Shown here: positions 20,626 through 28,688 of the stretch, one piece after another
Layout: each line of letters starts with the position of its first letter
How positions within the stretch are numbered: the first letter of the stretch is position 1
The notes under the pieces: model-generated
What the model saw: the letters and a program-made list of their open reading frames with translations, nothing else
Databases searched by the model: none
Told to the model about the DNA's origin: nothing
Position numbers and translations under genes: made by a program
Assembly (NCBI GenBank): GCA_033763315.1
Contig: JANRKS010000001.1
Location: forward strand, 192,001 to 256,000
Reading direction: 5' to 3'
DNA: 64,000 nt
Origin: Deltaproteobacteria bacterium
Lineage (GTDB): Bacteria; Myxococcota_A; Polyangia; Fen-1088

Positions 20626-21024
20626 TCAGCGCAGCCGAACCGACCATTGCCCTTCGAAGAACAGCCACGATCCGGTTTCGTTGACCCACTGAGGTGCAAC
20701 CCAAACCACATTCTGCTCGGGCGGCATACTCCACATGCCTGAAACCCAAACGTGGCGATCATTGGTCCACGCCCAATACCCAGGCACCCAGATATGCCGT
20801 GGCGAAGGCGCCTCAGGCCGGCGCTCCACCACGGGCGCGGGCGGCGCCACCTCCACCTTGTACTTCGCTTTTCGCGCTTGCCCGGGGGGCGTACCTCCCT
20901 TAGGGCCGCCGCCTTTGTGAGGCTTCTGCTTGTGTTTGGGGCCGCCCGCAGAGACCCGGCTTACAGGCAATGCAATGAGCGCACAGGTTGAAACAAGGCT
21001 TTGCAAGACGCGGCGTCGGTCCAT
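20626..21024 (-). CDS. YXWGXW-repeat protein with twin-arginine-like signal
   Basis: DRRRVL signal; PPGQARK; WVPGYWAW, WVSGMW, WVAPQW, FFEGQW. Confidence 0.82.
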   Translation of the reverse strand: MDRRRVLQSLVSTCALIALPVSRVSAGGPKHKQKPHKGGGPKGGTPPGQARKAKYKVEVAPPAPVVERRPEAPSPRHIWVPGYWAWTNDRHVWVSGMWSMPPEQNVVWVAPQWVNETGSWLFFEGQWSVRLR

Positions 21025-21078
21025 GGCTCTACCGTATCGGCGGCGCACAAGCCGAGCTCAAGCTTGATCTGCACCTTG

Positions 21079-22578
21079 TTAAAGTTGGGGCGCAAGCAAG
21101 CGCGCAAAGGAGGCCACAAGACGCGGAACAAACGGCGATTTTGCTTCGTGACGTTTCTGCAAAGTAGCGTGCGCCAGGTCGGCCTCAAAAGCGCGAGCCA
21201 AATCAGTCACGCAGGATCCCCCGTAAAACGCCGCGATAACCTCGAAGTTCAACCTGAAGCTGCGGTTGTCGAGGTTGGCCGTGCCCACGATGGCCAAGGC
21301 GTTGTCGACGACAGCGGTCTTCGCATGTAACATTGCCGGCTCGTAAAGATAGATGCGCGCACCGGCATCCAAAAGCTGGTCGTGAAACGTGCGGCCGGCC
21401 GCGTCTACCAGTGCTGAATCGGTGCGCCGAGGCAGCAGCAACCTCACATCGACGCCACGTTCGGCCGCACTCGCAATGGCCGCCAAGATCGCTTCGCCAG
21501 GCACAAAGTATGGTGTGGTCAACCATAGGCGTTCGTGCGCACTTGTGATTGCGGCGAAGTAGAAAGCTTCGATGGCATACGTGTTTCCGTCAGGGCCCGA
21601 AGCCACGATCTGAGTTGTCTGCGTGGTTTTGGCTGACGTGTTGGTGGCCTCGTCTGTGTTCTGGGCAAACGCCGCGATGTCTGATAGTTCAGATCCGGGT
21701 GGGGTGGGCGGAAAGTACAACGCAAACTGATCAGCTTGCTTGCACCCGAGATCGTCGCCGGTGGTGAAGACCCAGTTTTCAAGAAACGTTGCCTGTAAGC
21801 CATGTACGGCGGGTCCAGCCATCTTGACGTGGGTGTCGCGCCAAGCCGCCTTGCCGCACGCGCGGAAGCTGTGGTGATCTGTGACATTCATGCCGCCGGT
21901 GAATCCGATGATGCCATCGATAACCACGATCTTGCGGTGCGTGCGAAAATTCATCAACCGCCGCCACAAGCGGAATATCCGCACACCATTAAAGATGCGA
22001 ACCTCAACGCCCGCTTCGCGCATCCGGCGCATGGCCGGCCGGCGCAAGCGAGCGCCGACAGAATCAACAAGAAGCCGAACGCGCAACCCTGCCTTGGCGC
22101 GTTCGACGAGGGCATTCACGATCCGTTGGCCCGTTTGGTCGTCACGAAAGATGAAATACTCAAGGTGCACATGGTGTCGTGCGCCCGAAATGGCTTCAAC
22201 CAAAGCGTCGTAACACGAGTCGCCGTCGAGAAAGAGTTTTACGTCGTGAGCCACTTCAGGCGGCAGGCTCGATAGGTGCGCGCCGACGCGCATCAGTTGA
22301 CCCTGCATCGATAGCAGATCTGCCTTGGCCTTCTTCCAGAGGCTCAAGATGCTGCCAATTCGCTTGCGCGCCAAACCAAGTCGAAACTTCTTACGCTCCA
22401 GCCGACGTGGCCCTACAAACAAGTAGATGGGCGCTCCCAAGAGCGGCAGCGCCCCCAGCAACACAATCCAGGCCAGCGTCGCTGTTGGCGAGCGCCGTTC
22501 AAGCACAACGTATACAGAGATCCCGATAACCCAAACGATTTCGGCAACCAGAAGTATCGGCGCCCACGGAACATTCAT
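21079..22578 (-). CDS. cls: Cardiolipin synthase (ClsA type)
   Basis: Two N-terminal TM helices; two HKD motifs (HRKIVVID, HAKTAVVD); RSFRLNFE. Confidence 0.95.
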   Translation of the reverse strand: MNVPWAPILLVAEIVWVIGISVYVVLERRSPTATLAWIVLLGALPLLGAPIYLFVGPRRLERKKFRLGLARKRIGSILSLWKKAKADLLSMQGQLMRVGAHLSSLPPEVAHDVKLFLDGDSCYDALVEAISGARHHVHLEYFIFRDDQTGQRIVNALVERAKAGLRVRLLVDSVGARLRRPAMRRMREAGVEVRIFNGVRIFRLWRRLMNFRTHRKIVVIDGIIGFTGGMNVTDHHSFRACGKAAWRDTHVKMAGPAVHGLQATFLENWVFTTGDDLGCKQADQFALYFPPTPPGSELSDIAAFAQNTDEATNTSAKTTQTTQIVASGPDGNTYAIEAFYFAAITSAHERLWLTTPYFVPGEAILAAIASAAERGVDVRLLLPRRTDSALVDAAGRTFHDQLLDAGARIYLYEPAMLHAKTAVVDNALAIVGTANLDNRSFRLNFEVIAAFYGGSCVTDLARAFEADLAHATLQKRHEAKSPFVPRLVASFARLLAPQL

Positions 22579-22605
22579 TGGGACGACTGTAACAATTTTT
22601 CACCT

Positions 22606-23271
22606 TCACCACGGCAGCGTTTGGCCGTTGGCGTGAAGAAATCTGCCAGTGGTGGCGAGTGTGGTTTCGTCGATGCGTGCCAATAAGCCCCGTGCCGAAT
22701 CGATGGGTTCAACTTGGCCGTGATCACCGGTCATGTCTGTTTTCACCATGCCCGGATGCAGGATCACCACGGCGACGTTTGCGGCTTTGAGATCCTCGGC
22801 CATCGATTTGCCAGCCATATTCAGCGCCGCCTTGCTCATGCGGTATCCATAGGCGCCACCCGATGTATTGTCGTCGATCGAGCCCATGCGGCTGGTGATC
22901 AACGCCACCTTGCTGCCGGGGTGCAGGTTCTTTCGCAACGCCGCCGTCACACGCAAAGGCCCAAGCGCATTGACTTGAAATTGGCGTTCAATGTCCTCGA
23001 ACTTAGGTGATTCAAGCGAATCGCCCCACACCAAGATCCCAGCGTTGTTGATCAAGAGATCCACGGGGCGATTGCCCACGGCGGATGCCAACGCGCTGAC
23101 CCCTGCAGCGGTGGCAACGTCGATGCCCTCAATCACCTCCACCTGCAATGCAGCAAGCGCGGCAGAAGGCTTGCGGCATGTGGCGATCACGTTATCACCG
23201 CGCTGCTTAAGCAGCGTTGCCAACGCCAACCCAATACCCCGATTTGCACCCGTTACCACCGTTGTTGTCAT
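22606..23271 (-). CDS. Short-chain dehydrogenase, CsgA/sniffer-like subfamily
   Basis: TGANRGIG, NNAG, ITSRMGSI, YRMSKAALNM, LHPGMVKTDM, C-terminal LPW. Confidence 0.9.
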   Translation of the reverse strand: MTTTVVTGANRGIGLALATLLKQRGDNVIATCRKPSAALAALQVEVIEGIDVATAAGVSALASAVGNRPVDLLINNAGILVWGDSLESPKFEDIERQFQVNALGPLRVTAALRKNLHPGSKVALITSRMGSIDDNTSGGAYGYRMSKAALNMAGKSMAEDLKAANVAVVILHPGMVKTDMTGDHGQVEPIDSARGLLARIDETTLATTGRFLHANGQTLPW

Positions 23272-23518
23272 GCGCGATAGGATGGCCAGGGTTTGAGGCG
23301 GGCGCAAGGCGAGGGGTTGTTCGCCGCCCAACACGTTGTTACTGTTCGACACTTTGATACATAAACGTTCTTTGTCTCGGGGATGCAGCCGTCAGAAGTA
23401 CGTCCAGAAGCACGTCTTGATGTCTCGTAGTAACACGGCGCGCTTACGGGGCTGCTGCTCTGCGCTCTTGGCAGCAGATTCGAATGCCGATGTTGGTTTT
23501 GATGAGGAAGGGCCACAA

Positions 23519-23550
23519 GTAGCAAGGTTGCTACGTAGCATGATTGCTAC
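23519..23550. promoter_or_regulatory. Two abutting 16-bp palindromes GTAGCA-N4-TGCTAC
   Basis: GTAGCAAGGTTGCTAC followed directly by GTAGCATGATTGCTAC in an intergenic region. Confidence 0.6.
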
Positions 23551-23577
23551 CTAGAGTTCTTAGGCGGCTGCTGTCGT

Positions 23578-24063
23578 CTATCTTTCAATCTCATCTCGGC
23601 CCACAAACTCAAGCGCCATCTCCTTGCCACAGGCCACAAAGCCTGCGCGCTCATAAACGGGGCGCGCCCGCGGCTCGGCGTGTAACGAGAGGCGGCAGCA
23701 AAGGGCAGCCTGCGCGGCAGTGATGACGGCATCAAGCAAACGCGCAGCGATGCCACACCCTCGCCACGCCGGCAGCGTGTACATGTTCATGATGTAACCT
23801 TCGCGGCCGTTGAAGTTCGAATACGAGGGCGGCTTCCGCAGAACCACGAGGCCGCTTGTTGCCACGACACGGTTCTCGTGGCGTGCAAGATGAGCGACGA
23901 ATTCTCCCGTTGGGACCGAGTGGCTAAAATAGGCGCGCAGTTCGCTTTGCAATGAGGCTGGCGCAGGGGCGCCGTTGACCTCTTCGAGAAACGCAAGTCG
24001 CATCGCGACCAAAGTCTCGATGTCATCAGGCGTGGCGGGAGAGAATGAGAGTGAGCCGAACAT
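23578..24063 (-). CDS. GNAT family N-acetyltransferase
   Basis: YIMNMYTLPAWRGCGIA acetyl-CoA motif; YERAGF. Confidence 0.9.
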   Translation of the reverse strand: MFGSLSFSPATPDDIETLVAMRLAFLEEVNGAPAPASLQSELRAYFSHSVPTGEFVAHLARHENRVVATSGLVVLRKPPSYSNFNGREGYIMNMYTLPAWRGCGIAARLLDAVITAAQAALCCRLSLHAEPRARPVYERAGFVACGKEMALEFVGRDEIER

Positions 24064-24386
24064 GTTGGTGGAGAGCACTATAGGCCGTCGTCACAGCAAT
24101 CCAACATCCAGCCACCTAGATCTTCCGGCGGGACAGACCTGAACAGGGACGCTTCGCTCAGAAATTACGGGCGAACCTCCGCAGCCATGCCCCATGCACG
24201 ATCAGCTGTTCGAGGGGGAGCTTCCGCGTATTCATAAATGTGACAACGTCACTGCCGACGTTTGTGTTGGCGAGAATAGCGCCAATGGGCATTTAAAGGC
24301 AGGTTGATGGCAGCCCTCAGGCCACCCTGGCAAAAGCACCGCCAGAACAATGACGCTCGAATATCTTGCGACGGCCCCCAAAAAAA

Positions 24387-24416
24387 TGAGCCCTGGAATG
24401 GACGGCGGGGCCCTTC
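24387..24416 (+). promoter_or_regulatory. Putative ECF promoter TGAGCC-N17-GCCCTT upstream of the sigma gene
   Basis: Same motif and spacing recur at 28616; preceded by an A tract. Confidence 0.55.
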
Positions 24417-24455
24417 AACAGAGGCCTCCGTGCGTTTGCACGCTTTGGGCCTACA

Positions 24456-25103
24456 ATGAACGCTCTGGTCATGTCCAACGCTCCCCCCCGAATGGCCCTG
24501 GTCCCCCCGGCCCGGGTCGATGATCTCGATCAGGATGCGGCGTTGGCGCAGGCCGCCCTGGCGGGGTTGCCGGGCGCTCACAGGGCTTTGTGGGAGCGGT
24601 TCGTTCCCATGGTACGGCGGATGATCAGGCGCCAGCTGGGCCCCACTTCCAACAGTGACGTCGACGATGTGATTCAGGATGTCTTTGCGCTGGTGTTCCG
24701 CGATCTGAGGAACTTGCGTGAGCCCCGTGCCCTCTGCGGCTTCGTCGCAACTTTGACCGTGCACGCTGTGCGGCATGAGCTTCGCCGCCGCAAGTTGCGT
24801 CGCTTGGTGAGCCTCACATCCACGGGGCATGCGCCCGATGTTGAATCCGCAGACGCAGATCCCGTGGCCCGCTTGGCCCTTCACCGTCTTTATTCGGCGC
24901 TTGAGCGCTTCAAGGTGGTTGATCGGATGATCTTCGTCCTTCGTTATGTGGAGGGGCATGATGTGCTTGAGGTAGCCGCCGCCTTGGATCTTTCGCCGGC
25001 CACCGTGAAAAGACGAGCGGCGCACGTGTCAGAACGCCTATCCAAAGTGGTTGCCAACGATCGGTTCTTGATCGATTACCTGCAGCAGGACGGCGGGCAA
25101 TGA
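24456..25103 (+). CDS. ECF RNA polymerase sigma factor
   Basis: Region 2 DVDDVIQDVF...FV; region 4 FVLRYVEG..VLEVAAALDLSPATVKRR. Confidence 0.92.
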   Translation: MNALVMSNAPPRMALVPPARVDDLDQDAALAQAALAGLPGAHRALWERFVPMVRRMIRRQLGPTSNSDVDDVIQDVFALVFRDLRNLREPRALCGFVATLTVHAVRHELRRRKLRRLVSLTSTGHAPDVESADADPVARLALHRLYSALERFKVVDRMIFVLRYVEGHDVLEVAAALDLSPATVKRRAAHVSERLSKVVANDRFLIDYLQQDGGQ

Positions 25104-26365
25104 CACAACAAAAGGGAGCAGACGCCGAACGAGTTGCGGCCAAGGTTGCCTCCTTGATCCAAAGCCAGTATCCAAGCGAAGGTTCATCACCTGTAAAGCT
25201 TGTGTCGTTGGATGCTGTGACACACCACCGCGTGCGCGCGTGGAAATGGGCGTTGCTGTTGCCGGTGCCAGCGCTGGCGGCCGCTGCCCTGCTGTTCTAC
25301 ATCGACACGAAGCCACTGACATTCGCATTGTCTGGCGGTCACTTGTCGCCCAACCAAGAAGTTGTGGCGGATGGTGAACACGACTCCGCGTTGCGCTTCT
25401 CTGACGGCACACAGGTAGCCTTGTCTTCTCGAAGCGAGGCAAAGATTCAAGCGATCACCGCGCATGGTGCAAGTGTGAGGCTAGGTCGTGGCCGTGCGAC
25501 CGCGGCTGTGGTGCATCGGCCGCGCGCTCGTTGGTATTTTTTGGCTGGTCCATTTCAAATCGAAGTGGTGGGCACAAACTTCAGCGTCGACTGGCAACCA
25601 CAGGACGAGCGACTTGAGTTGACCATGCACAACGGCAAAGTCCGCGTCACGGGGCCGCTTGTGCCCGACGAAACCTTCTTGACGCAAGGCCAGCGTTTGC
25701 TCGTCAGCAAAGCGGACCTGCGCATTACAAACATAATGGATGATGTGGCACAACCGACCCTGGCTGAGGCGCCGGCGCCCGCAGCTGTGGCGCCTCCTTC
25801 TGGGGCCGCGCGTGTAGAGCCACCGGGTACGCAAGCAACAAACGGTGAGCGTCTTTCAAAGGCGTCCCGCGGCACACGAGGCAAGTCGCCAATCATTGTG
25901 GATGTCGCGCAATTGGTCGCGAAAGGCTCTTACGCCCAGGCGCTTGCCCACGTGCAGGCCAACGGCTTGAGCACGTTCTTGGAACGGGCGCCTTCGCACG
26001 ATCTTGCCGCGCTGGCGGAAGCCGCCCGCTATGAGCAAAATGTGGATGTTGCGCGCGCCTCGCTTCAGGCTCAACGCCAGCGCTTTGCTCGCACGCGCGC
26101 TGGATCAGAAGCGGCCTTTCACCTGGGGCGCCTGGCCGAAGACGTGGACAACATGCCTGCGCGCGCGGCAGAGTGGTTTGGCCTTTATCTGAGGGAACAA
26201 CCGACGGGCCGCTTTGCCTCTGAGGGTTTGGGGCGCCAGATGGTGGCCACGAGCCGCATGGGGGACCGCGCTGCGGCTCGAGCCTTGGCGCAAGAGTATG
26301 TGAGTCGTTTTCCGCAAGGCACTTACGCCACGGTTGCGCGCCAACTTGCGGCGCCCAAGCTCTAG
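25100..26365 (+). CDS. FecR-domain anti-sigma-like membrane protein with C-terminal TPR-like domain
   Basis: One TM segment; FSDGT.V.L, VVGTNFSV, GKVRV FecR motifs; YLREQPTGRFA and YVSRFPQG TPR-like tail; ATGA overlap with sigma. Confidence 0.88.
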   Translation: MTQQKGADAERVAAKVASLIQSQYPSEGSSPVKLVSLDAVTHHRVRAWKWALLLPVPALAAAALLFYIDTKPLTFALSGGHLSPNQEVVADGEHDSALRFSDGTQVALSSRSEAKIQAITAHGASVRLGRGRATAAVVHRPRARWYFLAGPFQIEVVGTNFSVDWQPQDERLELTMHNGKVRVTGPLVPDETFLTQGQRLLVSKADLRITNIMDDVAQPTLAEAPAPAAVAPPSGAARVEPPGTQATNGERLSKASRGTRGKSPIIVDVAQLVAKGSYAQALAHVQANGLSTFLERAPSHDLAALAEAARYEQNVDVARASLQAQRQRFARTRAGSEAAFHLGRLAEDVDNMPARAAEWFGLYLREQPTGRFASEGLGRQMVATSRMGDRAAARALAQEYVSRFPQGTYATVARQLAAPKL

Positions 26366-26368
26366 CGA

Positions 26369-27373
26369 ATGTTCAATCGGGCCGTTGCGCTGGTGCCTCT
26401 TCTGATGGTGTTGTCGTTCAACGCTCGTGCGTCTGCACGTGTTGTGATTCTGCAGCCTGTTGGGCAAAAGACGGCGGCCCTTGAAGGCGCTTTGCAGCGG
26501 ATTGCGGCTGAACTGCGGCTTGAGAGCTATGCACCAAGGGTTCAACCGTGGGTGGTAACTGCGCCTTCTGTGGAACAGTTGGAAGCGGCCGCCACGCAGC
26601 AACTTGCTTTTGGCGCTTTGGTGCTGCTGAACCTTCCCGAAGCAGGGTCAGTGCAGGTGCTTTCGTTCGACGGCACACGGAAGACGTGGGTGCTACGCAC
26701 GGTCGCGCTTGAGCAAGAAGGTGACGCGGCTTCGGTGTTGAGTATTCGCGCGGTTGAGATCATGCGCGCACATTTTCTCGAACGTAGATACAACCCTGAA
26801 GTCGTCGCTCCTGCGCGGATAGCTGTGCCGACGTCGCAAACTCTGTGGCCACATAGGTGGATGTTGGGCGTGCGCGCAGCGCGGGTGGTTGCATCGCAGG
26901 CAGATGGCGTTCGGTCTTTGCGGTTGGATGCCGCATTATCGCTGCACCAATGGGCGATCAAAGCCACGGTTGTTCCCGTAAGCACTTCAATCGAAAACCA
27001 AGCCCCTGCCGGTGCCGCCACGATGTCACAGCAATCCGCTTGGCTCAGTGGTGCCTACCTTCTGCGGATGCGAACGCGCGCGGTGATACCTTACGTTGCC
27101 GCTCACGCGGGGGCCGCGAGGCTGCAAGCGCATGGCAGCGCCACGCTGCCGTATCAGTCAACGAATGCGGCTTATGTGACGACGTTGTTTGGCGCGGGCG
27201 CGGGCAGCGTGTGGTGGGTCAACGACCAGTGGGGCCTGTCGTTAAACGCGGATGTGCTGTGGTTTGCATCCGGCGCTTCATTGCAGATCGATGGCGTTGA
27301 GCAACGCCGTTTGGGGCAGCCGCAGTTGCTTGCGTCGTTGGGCGCGATCTTCTCGTGGGGGCAAGGACGTTGA
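26369..27373 (+). CDS. Exported hypothetical protein with beta-strand-rich (possibly outer-membrane barrel) C-terminus
   Basis: Signal peptide ending ASA; alternating amphipathic strands such as PYVAAHAG, FGAGAG, WGLSLNADV. Confidence 0.7.
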   Translation: MFNRAVALVPLLMVLSFNARASARVVILQPVGQKTAALEGALQRIAAELRLESYAPRVQPWVVTAPSVEQLEAAATQQLAFGALVLLNLPEAGSVQVLSFDGTRKTWVLRTVALEQEGDAASVLSIRAVEIMRAHFLERRYNPEVVAPARIAVPTSQTLWPHRWMLGVRAARVVASQADGVRSLRLDAALSLHQWAIKATVVPVSTSIENQAPAGAATMSQQSAWLSGAYLLRMRTRAVIPYVAAHAGAARLQAHGSATLPYQSTNAAYVTTLFGAGAGSVWWVNDQWGLSLNADVLWFASGASLQIDGVEQRRLGQPQLLASLGAIFSWGQGR

Positions 27374-28599
27374 AGCGGCTAGTTTGTCTCGTTGCGTGTT
27401 TCGTCGCCTGTGACGCCACGCCCTTGAACGTCGTGCAAAAAAGCGGGTGTCCGCAAGTGGAGGGTGCGCGTCAGGCCGCAAGCACAAGTGCCTTCTTTGA
27501 TACGTTGGGCTTCAACGTGGCTGTCAGTGAGTTGGAGAACAAACGCGCTGATGGCTTAACGCCGTTGGCACACCTGCAGGCGCTTGGGGTGAAGCATCTG
27601 CGCGGCAACGCGAGTGTGCCGTTGGGCTTGAGTGGCGCCTTGGCCACCACGCTGTTGAACGCTGGCATGCGCTACACGTTTGCGCTTTCGCTCAAGACCG
27701 ATCTGGATGCCTTTTTGCCCATGACCTTGGGCGTGACGGAAGCCGTGCAGGTGGCAAGCCCGGCCAACGATTGGATCGGCCCCTATTCAGTGACTGAACT
27801 TCCGGCCGCGGCCGAACGATGGCGGGCGCAATTGAATGCATTGGACAGCGCAAAGCGGCCAGCGTTGATCGGGCCCATCATCTTTCAAACCATGGATGCA
27901 ATGGATCTGGGGAGCGTTGGCCCTTGGATCGACTTTGGCGGCTTTCGCTACACCATCGGTCTTGTGGCGCCTAGTCGTTCTTTTGGTGGCGATTGGGAAC
28001 AGATGGCTTTGAGCGTCTCAGGTGGAAAACCACTTGTTGCATCGAAAGCTTCATACGCTACCAGCCGGCCCGGTTTGCCGGAGCCACAGCTTTCAGAAGA
28101 TCTGCAGGCGAAGTACGTTGTGCGGCTATTTCTTGAGGGCTTCAACCACGCGGTGATACGAACGCACTACGATAAGCTCTATGACGACGACTGCAGTGAA
28201 AGCGGATGCACGAGCGGCCTCATACGCGTGGATGGCACATCCAAGCCTTCGTACCTTGCGTGGGCCGCGTTGGTCAAAGCTTTGGGCGCGCCTTCACAGC
28301 CGCCCACGCCGCGGGCGCTGCCGCTGACCATCGAGGCGCCCACAAACGTTCATTCTCTGCTGCTCAGCAACAGCGAAGGGGCCTTCTTTCTTCTGTTGTG
28401 GCTTGAAGTCAATGGCAAGCCTGGCGAGGATCAACAAGCCCCAGCCGTTGTGCAAGTGGGTGTGCCGCTGGCCTCAGCCCAAATGCTTGATCTCCGCCAA
28501 CCCGGGCAAGCGCCCAGCGACTTGGGGAAGATGGGGCGTTTCTCGCTGGCGGTCTCTGACGCACCTATGCTCATCACGCTCACGCCCGCGTGTTTTTGA
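27370..28599 (+). CDS. Clan GH-A glycoside hydrolase-like lipoprotein with apparently substituted catalytic residues
   Basis: FVAC lipobox; FFDTLGFN, LGVKHLR, QAKYVVRLFLE, GLIRVDGTSKP; TTGA overlap with upstream gene. Confidence 0.7.
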   Translation: MKRLVCLVACFVACDATPLNVVQKSGCPQVEGARQAASTSAFFDTLGFNVAVSELENKRADGLTPLAHLQALGVKHLRGNASVPLGLSGALATTLLNAGMRYTFALSLKTDLDAFLPMTLGVTEAVQVASPANDWIGPYSVTELPAAAERWRAQLNALDSAKRPALIGPIIFQTMDAMDLGSVGPWIDFGGFRYTIGLVAPSRSFGGDWEQMALSVSGGKPLVASKASYATSRPGLPEPQLSEDLQAKYVVRLFLEGFNHAVIRTHYDKLYDDDCSESGCTSGLIRVDGTSKPSYLAWAALVKALGAPSQPPTPRALPLTIEAPTNVHSLLLSNSEGAFFLLLWLEVNGKPGEDQQAPAVVQVGVPLASAQMLDLRQPGQAPSDLGKMGRFSLAVSDAPMLITLTPACF

Positions 28600-28615
28600 T
28601 CACCGACGAAATATT

Positions 28616-28645
28616 TGAGCCGCGTTCGCTGAGTCACAGCCCCTT
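28616..28645 (+). promoter_or_regulatory. Putative ECF promoter TGAGCC-N17-GCCCCTT upstream of DUF1592/DUF1552
   Basis: Matches the motif at 24387 in sequence and spacing. Confidence 0.55.
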
Positions 28646-28688
28646 GTTTATTAGCCAGCCGCTTTGGGTGGCCAAGGGAGTTCCTCGG

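Noticed and set aside
23275-23578. tmRNA or other structured RNA in the ~300-bp gap
   Set aside because: No tRNA-like ends (GGGG...TTCGA...CCA) or convincing tag reading frame; size alone is not evidence
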